Shown one piece after another: positions 8,329-17,905 of a DNA stretch of 40,085 nt (its first letter is position 1; each line of letters begins with the position of its first letter). Origin of the DNA: an uncultured bacterium (GTDB lineage: Bacteria > Bacillota_I > Bacilli_A > RF39 > UBA660); the NCBI GenBank assembly GCA_949293285.1, contig CASFCU010000027.1:1-40085 (forward strand). Reading direction: 5' to 3'. The position numbers were made by a program, and so were the translations under genes. The notes under the pieces were generated by a model, which saw only the letters and a program-made list of their open reading frames with translations, had not been told where the DNA came from and searched no databases.

Positions 8329-9072
8329 ATGAAAAAAAAGAAGAAAATAAATAAAAACAAGAATATTTTCAATAATAAATATACTTATATAACGATTTTT
8401 CTGATTTTAATTTTACTATCTTATTTAACCGTTGCCAACATGGTCAATATTGAAAAATATTTTCGTGATATTTTATTTTATCCAACAAAGTTATTAGATA
8501 ATCATACATTTATCGAAGAAGTAAATAATGAATTACAAAGTGAAAATGAGGATTTAAAAAAGCTTTTAGAAATCAAAGAATCATTAATTGATTATGATGT
8601 AGTATATGCAACAGTAATTCAACGAAATAATTCTTATTGGTTTAACACCATAACGATAAACAAGGGAAAATCTGATGGCATAGAAGAAAATATGGCAGTA
8701 GTAGATAGTAATGGACTAATCGGTAGTATTGATAAAGCTTCCAATAATACTTCTGTAATAAAGCTAATTACCATGGATGATAAATATAATAACATTTCAG
8801 TAAAAATAAAAGGAGAAGAAGAAATTAACAAAATATTAAAAGTGTCTAATAATAAATTAATAATAGAAGGAATTAATAAAAATGCCAAAGTAAGTATTGG
8901 TAATAAAATAGTAACAAATGGACTGAGTGACAAATTCCCGAGTGGAATTATTATTGGAGAGATTATTTCATTAGACAATGATTTTTATAATGTAAGTAAT
9001 ATTGCCACTGTGAAATTAGCAGCAGACATGGAAAACATAAGATTTGTAGCAATACTAAAGAGGAAAATATGA
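8329..9072 (+). CDS. mreC: Rod shape-determining protein MreC
   Basis: TM helix, short coiled coil (ENEDLKKLL), ITINKGKSDGI, GLIG, VTNGL..KFPSGIIIG. AGGTGA RBS before ATG 8329. Confidence 0.92.
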   Translation: MKKKKKINKNKNIFNNKYTYITIFLILILLSYLTVANMVNIEKYFRDILFYPTKLLDNHTFIEEVNNELQSENEDLKKLLEIKESLIDYDVVYATVIQRNNSYWFNTITINKGKSDGIEENMAVVDSNGLIGSIDKASNNTSVIKLITMDDKYNNISVKIKGEEEINKILKVSNNKLIIEGINKNAKVSIGNKIVTNGLSDKFPSGIIIGEIISLDNDFYNVSNIATVKLAADMENIRFVAILKRKI

Positions 9073-9545
9073 TTGTCATAGGTATTTTTTCTTTACTTTT
9101 AGATTTAACAATATTAAATTTTTCTAAATACTTATTTTTAGAAATATCACTAATTTTTCCGTGTCTCACTTTAGTATTCATTGTTTTTTATTCTTATTTC
9201 TCTAATAAAAAAAATAATCTCTTTCTATTCATAATGGCTCTTTTATATGGAATTATTATCAATAATAACATAGCCATTACTATTATTCTATTTAGCATTC
9301 TCTATTGGTTCATTACAACCATGAAGAAAAAACTTAAAAATAACTTTATACTGTTTATCATTTTGGTTATGGCATCTTTATTTTTATATGATGCAATATA
9401 TTTTTTCTTTTTAGCTGTAATTAGTTATATAAAATTTGATCTTTTTTATTTATTCTATAAATTTTATAATAGTATACTTTTAAATGCTTTCTATGCACTG
9501 ATTCTTTATTTTACAGAATTAGTTCTAATTTCTAATAAAAAATAA
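9069..9545 (+). CDS. mreD: Probable MreD
   Basis: 158-aa polytopic hydrophobic protein overlapping the mreC stop (ATGA). Assigned by synteny, size and hydropathy. Confidence 0.65.
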   Translation: MIVIGIFSLLLDLTILNFSKYLFLEISLIFPCLTLVFIVFYSYFSNKKNNLFLFIMALLYGIIINNNIAITIILFSILYWFITTMKKKLKNNFILFIILVMASLFLYDAIYFFFLAVISYIKFDLFYLFYKFYNSILLNAFYALILYFTELVLISNKK

Positions 9546-9568
9546 TACTTATTATTAGAGATGATTTT

Positions 9569-10177
9569 ATGAATGATTATAAAAGTTTAAATAAATATTT
9601 AAATAAAAAATCAGAGAAAAATAATAACAATGCAACAATAAATACATTTATTAGAAACTTTATAAGCAAAGTTCTAATTTCTTTGATAATTTTTATTCTG
9701 TTTTTAATCGGAAATAAAATTAGTATTAATTTTAAAAGTTCTTTTTATGATAAAGTCTATGGCACAACATTTTCTTTTGCTACAATAAATAATTGGTATA
9801 AAAATAATTTTGGAGATATTTTCCCAATAGAAAATATCCTTCCGAATGCTGTAGAAGTTTTCAGTGAAAAACTTTCCTATGAAAGTGCTAATGTATACAA
9901 AGATGGAGTAGCTCTAAAAGTTTCTAATCAATATTTAGTTCCTCTTTTAAACAATGGTATCGTAATATACATTGGAGAGAAAGAAGGTTATGGAAAAACG
10001 TTAATAGTGCAAGAAGAAAGTGGAATTGATGTGTGGTATAGTAATATCAATTTTAGTGATGTCGAGTTGTATGATTACGTAAAAAAGGGAAGCTTTATTG
10101 GAGAAGCGGATGGAGATACTATATACTTATTATTTCAAAAAGAGGGAGAATTTTTAGATTATAAAGACTATATTTAA
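9569..10177 (+). CDS. spoIVFA: SpoIVFA-like protein (degenerate M23 domain)
   Basis: TM helix, FSFATINNWY..NFG segment, M23-like GIVIYIGEKEGYGKTLIV...LYDYVKKG lacking the HxH zinc ligands. Directly upstream of an M50 protease. Confidence 0.75.
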   Translation: MNDYKSLNKYLNKKSEKNNNNATINTFIRNFISKVLISLIIFILFLIGNKISINFKSSFYDKVYGTTFSFATINNWYKNNFGDIFPIENILPNAVEVFSEKLSYESANVYKDGVALKVSNQYLVPLLNNGIVIYIGEKEGYGKTLIVQEESGIDVWYSNINFSDVELYDYVKKGSFIGEADGDTIYLLFQKEGEFLDYKDYI

Positions 10178-10916
10178 ATATTTTTACATTCATCCCTTAA
10201 CGTATTTATTTATATTTCTAGCACTGTTAACTGCTAATTTTAAAAAAATCATTATTTACATGTCCATTATTTTTGTTCATGAATTAGGTCATTTAATAGC
10301 AGCAAAATACTATAAATGGAACACAGATAAAATCTACATATATCCACTTGGTGGAGTGACTAAATTTAATGAATGCATCAACAAACCCTTGAAAGAAGAA
10401 CTAGTAATTACGATAATGGGGCCTTTGTTCCAAATAGTCTACTATTATATTTTAACTTTTCTAGGGGTTAAAAATATAGTAACATTTAACTTTATTCTTC
10501 TTTCCTTCAATCTTTTGCCAATTTATCCTTTAGATGGTGGAAAACTTTTAAACATTGCTTTATCTTCTTTTTTTCCATATAAATTAAGTTACAAAATAAC
10601 TATATATATATCGTATCTTTTTTACTTCTTAGAACTTTTTTTCTTTGCCTTCTTTTCTAACTCCTATTTTTTTATACTGATTTCTTTTCTTCTTCTTTTC
10701 AAGATTATAGAAGAGGATTCCAAAAGAAATTACTATTTTAATAAGTTTTTACTAGAAAGATACTTAGGAAATTATCACTTTAAATATGTAAAATATATTT
10801 CATCAATAAGTAGTATGCAAAAAAATAGAAATCATATCTTTAAATACCGTGACAATGTAATCACAGAAAAACAGATGCTAAAAAATATTTTTAATAGCAC
10901 AAAACTTATCTCTTGA
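10158..10916 (+). CDS. spoIVFB: SpoIVFB-like M50 intramembrane metalloprotease
   Basis: HELGH, PLGG, GP and FNLLPIYPLDGG motifs. The frame is open back to 10158 and encodes the conserved IHP N-terminal helix. First ATG is at 10260, so the start is uncertain. Confidence 0.85.
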   Translation: MIKTIFKYFYIHPLTYLFIFLALLTANFKKIIIYMSIIFVHELGHLIAAKYYKWNTDKIYIYPLGGVTKFNECINKPLKEELVITIMGPLFQIVYYYILTFLGVKNIVTFNFILLSFNLLPIYPLDGGKLLNIALSSFFPYKLSYKITIYISYLFYFLELFFFAFFSNSYFFILISFLLLFKIIEEDSKRNYYFNKFLLERYLGNYHFKYVKYISSISSMQKNRNHIFKYRDNVITEKQMLKNIFNSTKLIS

Positions 10917-11153
10917 TTTACTAAAGTGATTAAACTTAGTTACCTAATATATGCCTAGAGCAAAAAAGTACGTGTGCTACCACTTATCTTTGTTAACATC
11001 TTGGACTTTTTACAGAAAAGATAAGAAAGAAATTTTAAAATCACCGGAAATTGTTTTTATACTATATAAATATTTTGATATCAATGATCAATTACCAATT
11101 AATTTATTCGTTCCTTAAATTTTTTGTTTTCATATATTACACTAGGTGAAGTA

Positions 11154-12551
11154 ATGAAGAATTTATTTGATTTATATTGCATTGATGTTTTAGTCAATGA
11201 TATTAAGACCAATTCTAAAGAAGTAATGAAAAATGATTTATTTGCCTGTATTAAAGGAGTAACTACCGATAGACATAAATACATTGATGAAGCTATAAAA
11301 AAAGGAGCCTCTTGTCTAGTAGTATCCAAAGGGAAAAAATATACAATTCCATATGTTAAAGTAAAAAATGTAAACAAAGAATTGATAAATATTTTAGATA
11401 GCTTTTATAATAATGCCAAAAATATTGGAATAATAGCAGTAACTGGAACGGATGGAAAAACAACGACCGCATCGATAATCAAAGATTTATTAGGTGAGAG
11501 TTGTGGATATATGGGAACCAATGGGATTAGTGGAAAAAATATCAAAGCAAGTAGTAATAACACCACACCGTCAATTGAATTGGTCTATAAATATTTAGAT
11601 AAATTTGCAACTGTTGGCATGAAGTTTGCTAGCATAGAAGCCTCAAGTGAGGGAATGCTCCATAAAAGATTAGAAGGTCTATCTTTCCAAGTGGCAATAC
11701 TTACTAACTTTACAGAAGACCACTTAAATGTTCACAAAACATTAGATAATTATCTAAAATGCAAAAGAAAAGTATTTCATCAACTAGATAAAAACGGTAC
11801 AGCAATATTAAACAGAGATGATTCTTCTTATCAAAAATTTAGAAAAATATGTAAATCGAAGGTACTAACTTATGGAAAAAATAAATACAGTAACCTTAGA
11901 ATCATAGACTTCAAAGAAGAAACAGATAAAACCCAAATAACTTATATTTACGATAAACAAAAAATTACCATAGATAGTCCTTTACTAGGAGAATTTAATG
12001 TCTATAATTTAAGTGCGGCCATTCTTGCTTTAATTGCTCTTGGATATGAAATGTCTGATATTAGAAAAAGAATAAATAACATAAAAACTCCTCTGGGAAG
12101 ATGTGAATTTTTGCACTATGGAACCAATTACAAGCTTCTTATAGATTATGCCCATACAGAAAATGGAATAAGAAATATACTAACTTATTTAAATAAAATA
12201 AAAAAAGCAAGAATTATTACTATATCTGGCTCTGCTGGGGGAAGAGAAAAAGAAAAAAGAGGAAAGATGGGGAAGGCTCTGCAAGAATTATCTGACCTTG
12301 TAATATATACGATGGATGATCCAAGAGATGAGGATGTGATGGATATCATAGAAGCACTAATCGATAAAACCACTAATAATTATTTAATAGAACCAGATCG
12401 AAAAAAGGCAATATTAAAAGCCTTAGAAATGGCAAAACCAAATGATATTGTTGCTATTCTTGGAAAAGGAAGAGATAATTATATGGCAATTGGCAATGAA
12501 AAAATTTTCTACAGTGATGTATCAGTCTTAGATGAGTATTTCCATAAATAA
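11154..12551 (+). CDS. murE: UDP-MurNAc-tripeptide synthetase
   Basis: VTGTDGKTT, NTTP, EASS, EDHL, DYAHT, DDPR and LGKG motifs. AGGTGA RBS before ATG 11154. Confidence 0.93.
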   Translation: MKNLFDLYCIDVLVNDIKTNSKEVMKNDLFACIKGVTTDRHKYIDEAIKKGASCLVVSKGKKYTIPYVKVKNVNKELINILDSFYNNAKNIGIIAVTGTDGKTTTASIIKDLLGESCGYMGTNGISGKNIKASSNNTTPSIELVYKYLDKFATVGMKFASIEASSEGMLHKRLEGLSFQVAILTNFTEDHLNVHKTLDNYLKCKRKVFHQLDKNGTAILNRDDSSYQKFRKICKSKVLTYGKNKYSNLRIIDFKEETDKTQITYIYDKQKITIDSPLLGEFNVYNLSAAILALIALGYEMSDIRKRINNIKTPLGRCEFLHYGTNYKLLIDYAHTENGIRNILTYLNKIKKARIITISGSAGGREKEKRGKMGKALQELSDLVIYTMDDPRDEDVMDIIEALIDKTTNNYLIEPDRKKAILKALEMAKPNDIVAILGKGRDNYMAIGNEKIFYSDVSVLDEYFHK

Positions 12552-12653
12552 ATGTAGAAGATAAAAAAGATCAAAAGAATGAGAAATAAAAACCTTTTAA
12601 AGAAATAGAACTTGTTAAAATACTTAAAACATATAATTAAATGGGAGGATTAT

Positions 12654-13346
12654 ATGTTTTTTAAATTACTAGAAAAACTGAAAAGTTTATTTGTCTTTAC
12701 AACTAGCTATTCTAACAATGTTTTTTTAGATCCACTTAGTAGTGAGGAAGAAGAAGAATGCATAAAAAAAGCAAATATGGGGGATAAGCTAGCAAGAAAT
12801 AAATTGATAGAACACAATTTAAGACTTGTAGCACACATTGTAAAAAAGTTTGAATACAAAAATGTTGATCAAGATGATTTAATAAGTATAGGAACCATAG
12901 GTCTTATTAAGGGGGTAGATTCTTTTTCAAAAAGTCATGGTACGAAAATAACTACATATTGCGCAAGGTGCATTGAAAATGAAATATTAATGTATTTTAG
13001 AAGCAATAATAAAACAAATAAAAATATTTCTATTAATGAATCCATCGGCTATGATAAAGAAGGAAATGAAATAACCATACTAGATATCTTAAAAATGCCT
13101 AGTCCGGACTTTGTTGAAACGATCAATGAAAAAGATAATGTAAAACTTTTAAAAGAATATATAAAAATACTTACACCAAGAGAAAACTCTATTTTAGTTA
13201 AAAGATATGGATTGAATAATACAAAAGAAATGACACAAAAAGAAATTGCCAAAGAACTGAAAATTTCTAGAAGTTATGTCTCACGTATTGAGAAAAGAGC
13301 ACTGATGAAAATCCTTAGGGAATTTATGAAAAATAATAGGACATAA
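12654..13346 (+). CDS. sigK: Sporulation sigma factor pro-SigK, uninterrupted
   Basis: Pro-peptide then SYSNNVFLDPLS, LIEHNLRLVAHIVKKF, DDLISIGTIGLIKG, YCARCIENEILM, DKEGNEI, ISRSYVSRIEKRAL. GGGAGG RBS before ATG 12654. Confidence 0.95.
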   Translation: MFFKLLEKLKSLFVFTTSYSNNVFLDPLSSEEEEECIKKANMGDKLARNKLIEHNLRLVAHIVKKFEYKNVDQDDLISIGTIGLIKGVDSFSKSHGTKITTYCARCIENEILMYFRSNNKTNKNISINESIGYDKEGNEITILDILKMPSPDFVETINEKDNVKLLKEYIKILTPRENSILVKRYGLNNTKEMTQKEIAKELKISRSYVSRIEKRALMKILREFMKNNRT

Positions 13347-13359
13347 TATCACTTTATTA

Positions 13360-13388
13360 TGGACTTTTTTTCTATATACCGTTATAAT
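13360..13388 (+). promoter_or_regulatory. SigA-type promoter
   Basis: TGGACT-17 bp-TATAAT. Confidence 0.55.
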
Positions 13389-13414
13389 TGACTTAAATAC
13401 ACGAGGTGTTCATT

Positions 13415-14881
13415 ATGTCCGAGAATATTGAGTATGTAGAAAAAAAAGTAAAAAAGAAGTTAGTTTTGAAAAAAAAAACAATCTCTATCATTGGGATAAT
13501 ATTGATTTCCTTTCTGTTTCTTTTTTCTTTATTTTATATATTTTTTGTTCCCAAAATCACATTAGAAGGTGGAACTCATATTAAAATAGAATATGGAGAA
13601 GAATTTAGTGAACTTGGTTATAAAGCAAACTATTTAAGTCAGGATATTACAGACAAAGTATGGATAGAAGGAAAAGTGGACAATAGCAAAATCGGGACTT
13701 ACAAAATTAAATATAAAGTAAGAAAAAATAAAATAACTGTAACGAAAGAAAGAATTGTTGAAATAATAGATACGCAAAAACCAGAAATTAAACTCGTTGG
13801 AAATACAGAAGAGAACATTTGTCCTCTTTCTGAATACGAAGAAAAAGGGTATACCGCTAGTGATAATTATGATGGAGATCTAACAAGTAAAGTTTTGGTC
13901 GATATAAAAGATTCGGAAGTCATTTATACAGTTACGGATAGTAGTGGTAATTCCACTTCTTCTACTAGAAAAATAAATAGAATAGATGAAATAGCACCTG
14001 TTATTACTTTAAAAGGTAGCAGCAACTATTATATTACAGTAGGAACCAAGTACGAAGAACCAGGATATTCAGCACTGGATAACTGTGAAGGTGATGTAAC
14101 AAATCAAGTCAAAGTAGAAGGGACTGTCGACTACAAAACAGCAGGGAAATATAATATTACGTATACGGTAGAAGATTCTAAGAAAAATAAAACCACAGTA
14201 ACTAGAGTAGTCACCGTTTCTAATGAAGTTGTAACCTCTTCACCGATTAAAGGCGCCATTTATCTTACTTTTGATGATGGACCTAGTGCTACCATTACTC
14301 CTAAATTATTAGATATTTTAAAAGAAAAAAATGTAAAAGCAACATTTTTTGTAATTAATCACTCTAGTAGTTTAGATTATCTAATAAAAAGAGAATATGA
14401 TGAAGGACATACAGTAGCACTTCATAGTATGACACATAATTATTCAACGGTTTATAGTTCGATGGATGCCTATTTTGAGGATTTAGAAAAAATACAAGCC
14501 AAAGTAGAAGAAATAACAGGGCAAAAAAGTCAAATTATAAGGTTCCCAGGTGGAAGTAGTAATACCATTAGTAGAAATTATTGCAAAGGTATCATGACAA
14601 ATCTTACAAAAGAAGTACTAAATAGAGGTTACCATTATTTTGACTGGAACGTATCTAGCGGAGATGCCGGAGATGCTAAAACTTCCCAAGAAGTGTATAA
14701 TAACGTAATCAATGGCCTAAGTAAAAATAAAGCAAATGTTGTTTTGATGCACGATTTTGAAAGTAATTATAAGACATTAAACGCAATTAGTGATATAATT
14801 GATTATGGAAAAGCAAATGGCTATCAATTTTTGGCCATTGATATGTCAACAGCAATGGTTAAGCATTCACCAAATAACTAG
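13415..14881 (+). CDS. Membrane-anchored polysaccharide/peptidoglycan deacetylase (CE4) with Ig-like (DUF5011-type) repeats
   Basis: TM helix; repeats of the form P.I.L.G...Y.E.GY.A.DN..GD.T; catalytic TFDDGP, HSMTH, RFPGG, DW and LMHD. Confidence 0.92.
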   Translation: MSENIEYVEKKVKKKLVLKKKTISIIGIILISFLFLFSLFYIFFVPKITLEGGTHIKIEYGEEFSELGYKANYLSQDITDKVWIEGKVDNSKIGTYKIKYKVRKNKITVTKERIVEIIDTQKPEIKLVGNTEENICPLSEYEEKGYTASDNYDGDLTSKVLVDIKDSEVIYTVTDSSGNSTSSTRKINRIDEIAPVITLKGSSNYYITVGTKYEEPGYSALDNCEGDVTNQVKVEGTVDYKTAGKYNITYTVEDSKKNKTTVTRVVTVSNEVVTSSPIKGAIYLTFDDGPSATITPKLLDILKEKNVKATFFVINHSSSLDYLIKREYDEGHTVALHSMTHNYSTVYSSMDAYFEDLEKIQAKVEEITGQKSQIIRFPGGSSNTISRNYCKGIMTNLTKEVLNRGYHYFDWNVSSGDAGDAKTSQEVYNNVINGLSKNKANVVLMHDFESNYKTLNAISDIIDYGKANGYQFLAIDMSTAMVKHSPNN

Positions 14882-14893
14882 GAGGAGTATTTT

Positions 14894-16351
14894 ATGAATA
14901 AGTTAAGGGGATTTCTTAAAACAAATTTAATGATATTTTTATTAATAGGAATATGTTTTCCAAAATTGGTTCTTGCAATAGACACAAGTACATTAGAAGG
15001 ACCAGATTTATCAAGCCCAGGGGAAACTATAAGCTATGACATTAAAGTAAATGCATCCACAACAATTGATGAATATAGTGCAACACTTACATATGAAACA
15101 TCAATATTAGAGTTTATTGGGATTGAAAACAAAAATAACTGGAGGGGAAATAATTCGATTTCTTCTAGCCCAGTAGAATTATCGTTCTCCCATGAAAATG
15201 GTATAACGGGGGAAACCGTGATAGCTACATTGAAATTCAAAGTAAAATCGGATGTGACAAAGGCAGATACTTTATTAACACTAGAAGGAAGAGCAGTTAC
15301 TCAAGAAGATGATACCATAAATAACTTAGGTAAAGTATCTAAGACTCTTGCTATCAAATCGACGGATAATACTTTGAAAGATTTAAAGTTAAATGGAAAA
15401 ACAATCGTTAATTTCTCACCAAATACCTATAGTTATTCCATGCAAGTAGAAGCCATAACTACCAGTGCAACTATTGATGCTACACTAAATAGTCAAACAG
15501 CATCGTTTGTAGATAAATATGGACCTAGAAGTATTCAGCTAGACTACGGTGAAAATGTTATTGAAATAAAGGTAAAAGCCGCTTCAAATGATGAGGTTAC
15601 TTACGTCATCAATGTCACTAGACTAGATAACAGAGGTACAAATAATGATTTAAAATCACTGATATTAAATTCCGGTAAAGTGAAATTGAATTTCGATAAA
15701 GATGTTTTAGAATACAAAATAAAAACGTATAAACTTACTTCTATAGATGTAGAAGCAGTAGCAGTCGATAGTAAAGCTACTGTAAAAATAGAATCTCCAG
15801 AAGAAATTGTCATAGGGGAAAACATCGTAAACATAATAGTTACTAGTGAAGATGGAAATGAAAAAACTTATAAATTGATTTTAAATAACGTCGATTACGA
15901 TATAGACACATCATTAAAAGATATTGAAATATTTGGCCTTGATGAAGAGTTCGACTTTGATCCGAAAATATTTGATTATGAGATTAGATATAAATCGAAA
16001 TATAAAGATTCCATTGTTGTAAAGCCAGTTATCAATACAATAGATGAGGATGTAAAAGTTGATGAACCACTTCTTGAAAAAACATCGTCTTCCATAGAAG
16101 CTGGAAGCGTGATCCAAATAAGAGTTTATGCAACAGATGGAACGGAAAGTATGTATACGATTACTTTCGTAAAAGATACAAGAATTAATTTCTTTTTCTT
16201 ACTAGCCCTTGCAATATTTATCATATTACTTATAATATTTATTAAACTTCTTATCAACAATAAGAAAGAAAACAAAGAGAAAAACATAGAGAAAACGAAA
16301 CCAAAAGAATTAGAAAAAACAAAAAAAATGCAGAAGATAAACTTAGAGTAA
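14894..16351 (+). CDS. Cell-surface protein with cohesin-like N-terminal domain, cadherin-like beta-sandwich repeats and C-terminal TM anchor
   Basis: Signal peptide; three repeats of L..L.......F......Y...GEN...I.V.AE/DG...Y.I; C-terminal TM helix plus basic tail. Confidence 0.8.
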   Translation: MNKLRGFLKTNLMIFLLIGICFPKLVLAIDTSTLEGPDLSSPGETISYDIKVNASTTIDEYSATLTYETSILEFIGIENKNNWRGNNSISSSPVELSFSHENGITGETVIATLKFKVKSDVTKADTLLTLEGRAVTQEDDTINNLGKVSKTLAIKSTDNTLKDLKLNGKTIVNFSPNTYSYSMQVEAITTSATIDATLNSQTASFVDKYGPRSIQLDYGENVIEIKVKAASNDEVTYVINVTRLDNRGTNNDLKSLILNSGKVKLNFDKDVLEYKIKTYKLTSIDVEAVAVDSKATVKIESPEEIVIGENIVNIIVTSEDGNEKTYKLILNNVDYDIDTSLKDIEIFGLDEEFDFDPKIFDYEIRYKSKYKDSIVVKPVINTIDEDVKVDEPLLEKTSSSIEAGSVIQIRVYATDGTESMYTITFVKDTRINFFFLLALAIFIILLIIFIKLLINNKKENKEKNIEKTKPKELEKTKKMQKINLE

Positions 16352-16380
16352 CTAAGTTTATCTTTCTTAAGGGGGAAACA

Positions 16381-16902
16381 ATGGATAAATATATTCCTAA
16401 CATGTATCAAAGAAGTATTTTTGACATCAACTATAGAAAACTAAAAGAAAAGGGCATAAAGTGCATCATTTTCGATTTGGACAATACACTTCTTTTAGTA
16501 AAAGAAAATGTTCCGAATAAGAAAGTCTGCTATTTGATAAAAAAATTAAAAAAGGACTTTAATATCTATATTATGTCTAATAATAGTAGCAAAAAAAGGC
16601 TTAATAAGGCCGCTTCTATGCTAAAAATACCATATATATCATTTGCTATGAAGCCTCTTTCCTTTGGATTTAATAAAATTATGAAAAAGCATAATTACAA
16701 ATCACAAGAAATGTGTATGATTGGAGATCAACTAATGACAGATATACTAGGTGGAAATAGGGCAAATGTTTTTACCGTATTAGTAGATGCTTTAAGTAAA
16801 GAGGAGTTGAAACTTACTTCTTTTAATCGCTTCTTAGAAAAAAGAAAACTAAGAAAACTTGAAAATTTAGGTATGTTTAAAAAAGGTGATTTTTATGAAT
16901 GA
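16381..16902 (+). CDS. yqeG: YqeG family HAD IIIA phosphatase
   Basis: FDLDNTL, SNN, AMKP, IGDQLMTDILGGNR; adjacent to yqeH. Confidence 0.93.
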   Translation: MDKYIPNMYQRSIFDINYRKLKEKGIKCIIFDLDNTLLLVKENVPNKKVCYLIKKLKKDFNIYIMSNNSSKKRLNKAASMLKIPYISFAMKPLSFGFNKIMKKHNYKSQEMCMIGDQLMTDILGGNRANVFTVLVDALSKEELKLTSFNRFLEKRKLRKLENLGMFKKGDFYE

Positions 16903-17902
16903 AGATAAATATTGTATAGGATGTGGAGTAAAACTACAAGATTCTAATATGCTTTTCGATGGATATACGGCGGACTTATCTAATGACATCTGTAGTAGAT
17001 GTTTTAGACTAAAAAATTATGGTGAATATCAGATTTCTGCTAAATCCAATTCCGAATACATTGAAATATTAAAAAATATTAATGAAACGAAGGATTTGGT
17101 TTTGTACGTTATTGACCTTTTGAATATTGAAAAAGATATTCGAATGATTAGAGAATACATTAACAATCGATTGATATTAGTACTGACAAAAAGAGATATT
17201 CTCCCACGAAGCATAAAAGATGAGAAAATAAAAGATTATTTTTCTAAATTGGGATTAGAATATCAAGATATCATAATTATCAGTGCTAAGAAAAATTACA
17301 ATATCGATGAACTGTTACTTCTTATCAAAAAACATAAATCTAGTAAAAATGTCTATGTAGTTGGTCATACCAATGTTGGAAAAAGTACGCTGATTAAGAA
17401 AATTATGAAAAATTATTCTAATGCTGAGTGTGACCTTACTATCTCACCACTTCCATCTACCACACTGAATAAAATAAATATCAAACTAAGTGATGATTTA
17501 ACACTAATTGATACTCCTGGATTAATTGATAGGGGAAATATAGTCCACTATGTAGATTTTTCTTTCTTAAAAAAAATAAGCCCAAAAAAGGAAATTAAAC
17601 CTAAAACATATCAGATAAAACCGGGACAATGTTTAATCGTATCCGAACTTTTGAGAATCGATTATACTACTGGCAATAAAAATAGCTTTACCCTTTTTTT
17701 CTCAAATGACTTAAAAATCAAAAAATATAATGGCAAAAAAAACAATACGATGACCGATATTATCAAACGCACTTTAGAAGTGGGATATCATCAAGATTTA
17801 GTTATTAATGGAATGGGATTTGTAAAAATAACAGAAAAAGCAGTAATAGATGTTTATATAGATAAGAATGTTGAAATTTTTATAAGAGATTCTTTAATAT
17901 AA
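16895..17902 (+). CDS. yqeH: Ribosome biogenesis GTPase YqeH
   Basis: N-terminal CIGCG...CSRCFRL zinc finger; circularly permuted G motifs TKRD, SA, GHTNVGKS, DTPG. Confidence 0.93.
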   Translation: MNEDKYCIGCGVKLQDSNMLFDGYTADLSNDICSRCFRLKNYGEYQISAKSNSEYIEILKNINETKDLVLYVIDLLNIEKDIRMIREYINNRLILVLTKRDILPRSIKDEKIKDYFSKLGLEYQDIIIISAKKNYNIDELLLLIKKHKSSKNVYVVGHTNVGKSTLIKKIMKNYSNAECDLTISPLPSTTLNKINIKLSDDLTLIDTPGLIDRGNIVHYVDFSFLKKISPKKEIKPKTYQIKPGQCLIVSELLRIDYTTGNKNSFTLFFSNDLKIKKYNGKKNNTMTDIIKRTLEVGYHQDLVINGMGFVKITEKAVIDVYIDKNVEIFIRDSLI

Positions 17903-17905
17903 TTT

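Noticed and set aside
10917-11130. Intergenic inverted repeat CTTATCTTT/AAAGATAAG (10983-11025) as an L21 leader or other RNA
   Set aside because: rplU is not downstream, the loop is long and the arms are AT-rich; unsupported.
12654-13346. skin-like element interrupting sigK
   Set aside because: The ORF is continuous through regions 2 to 4 with no recombinase nearby.
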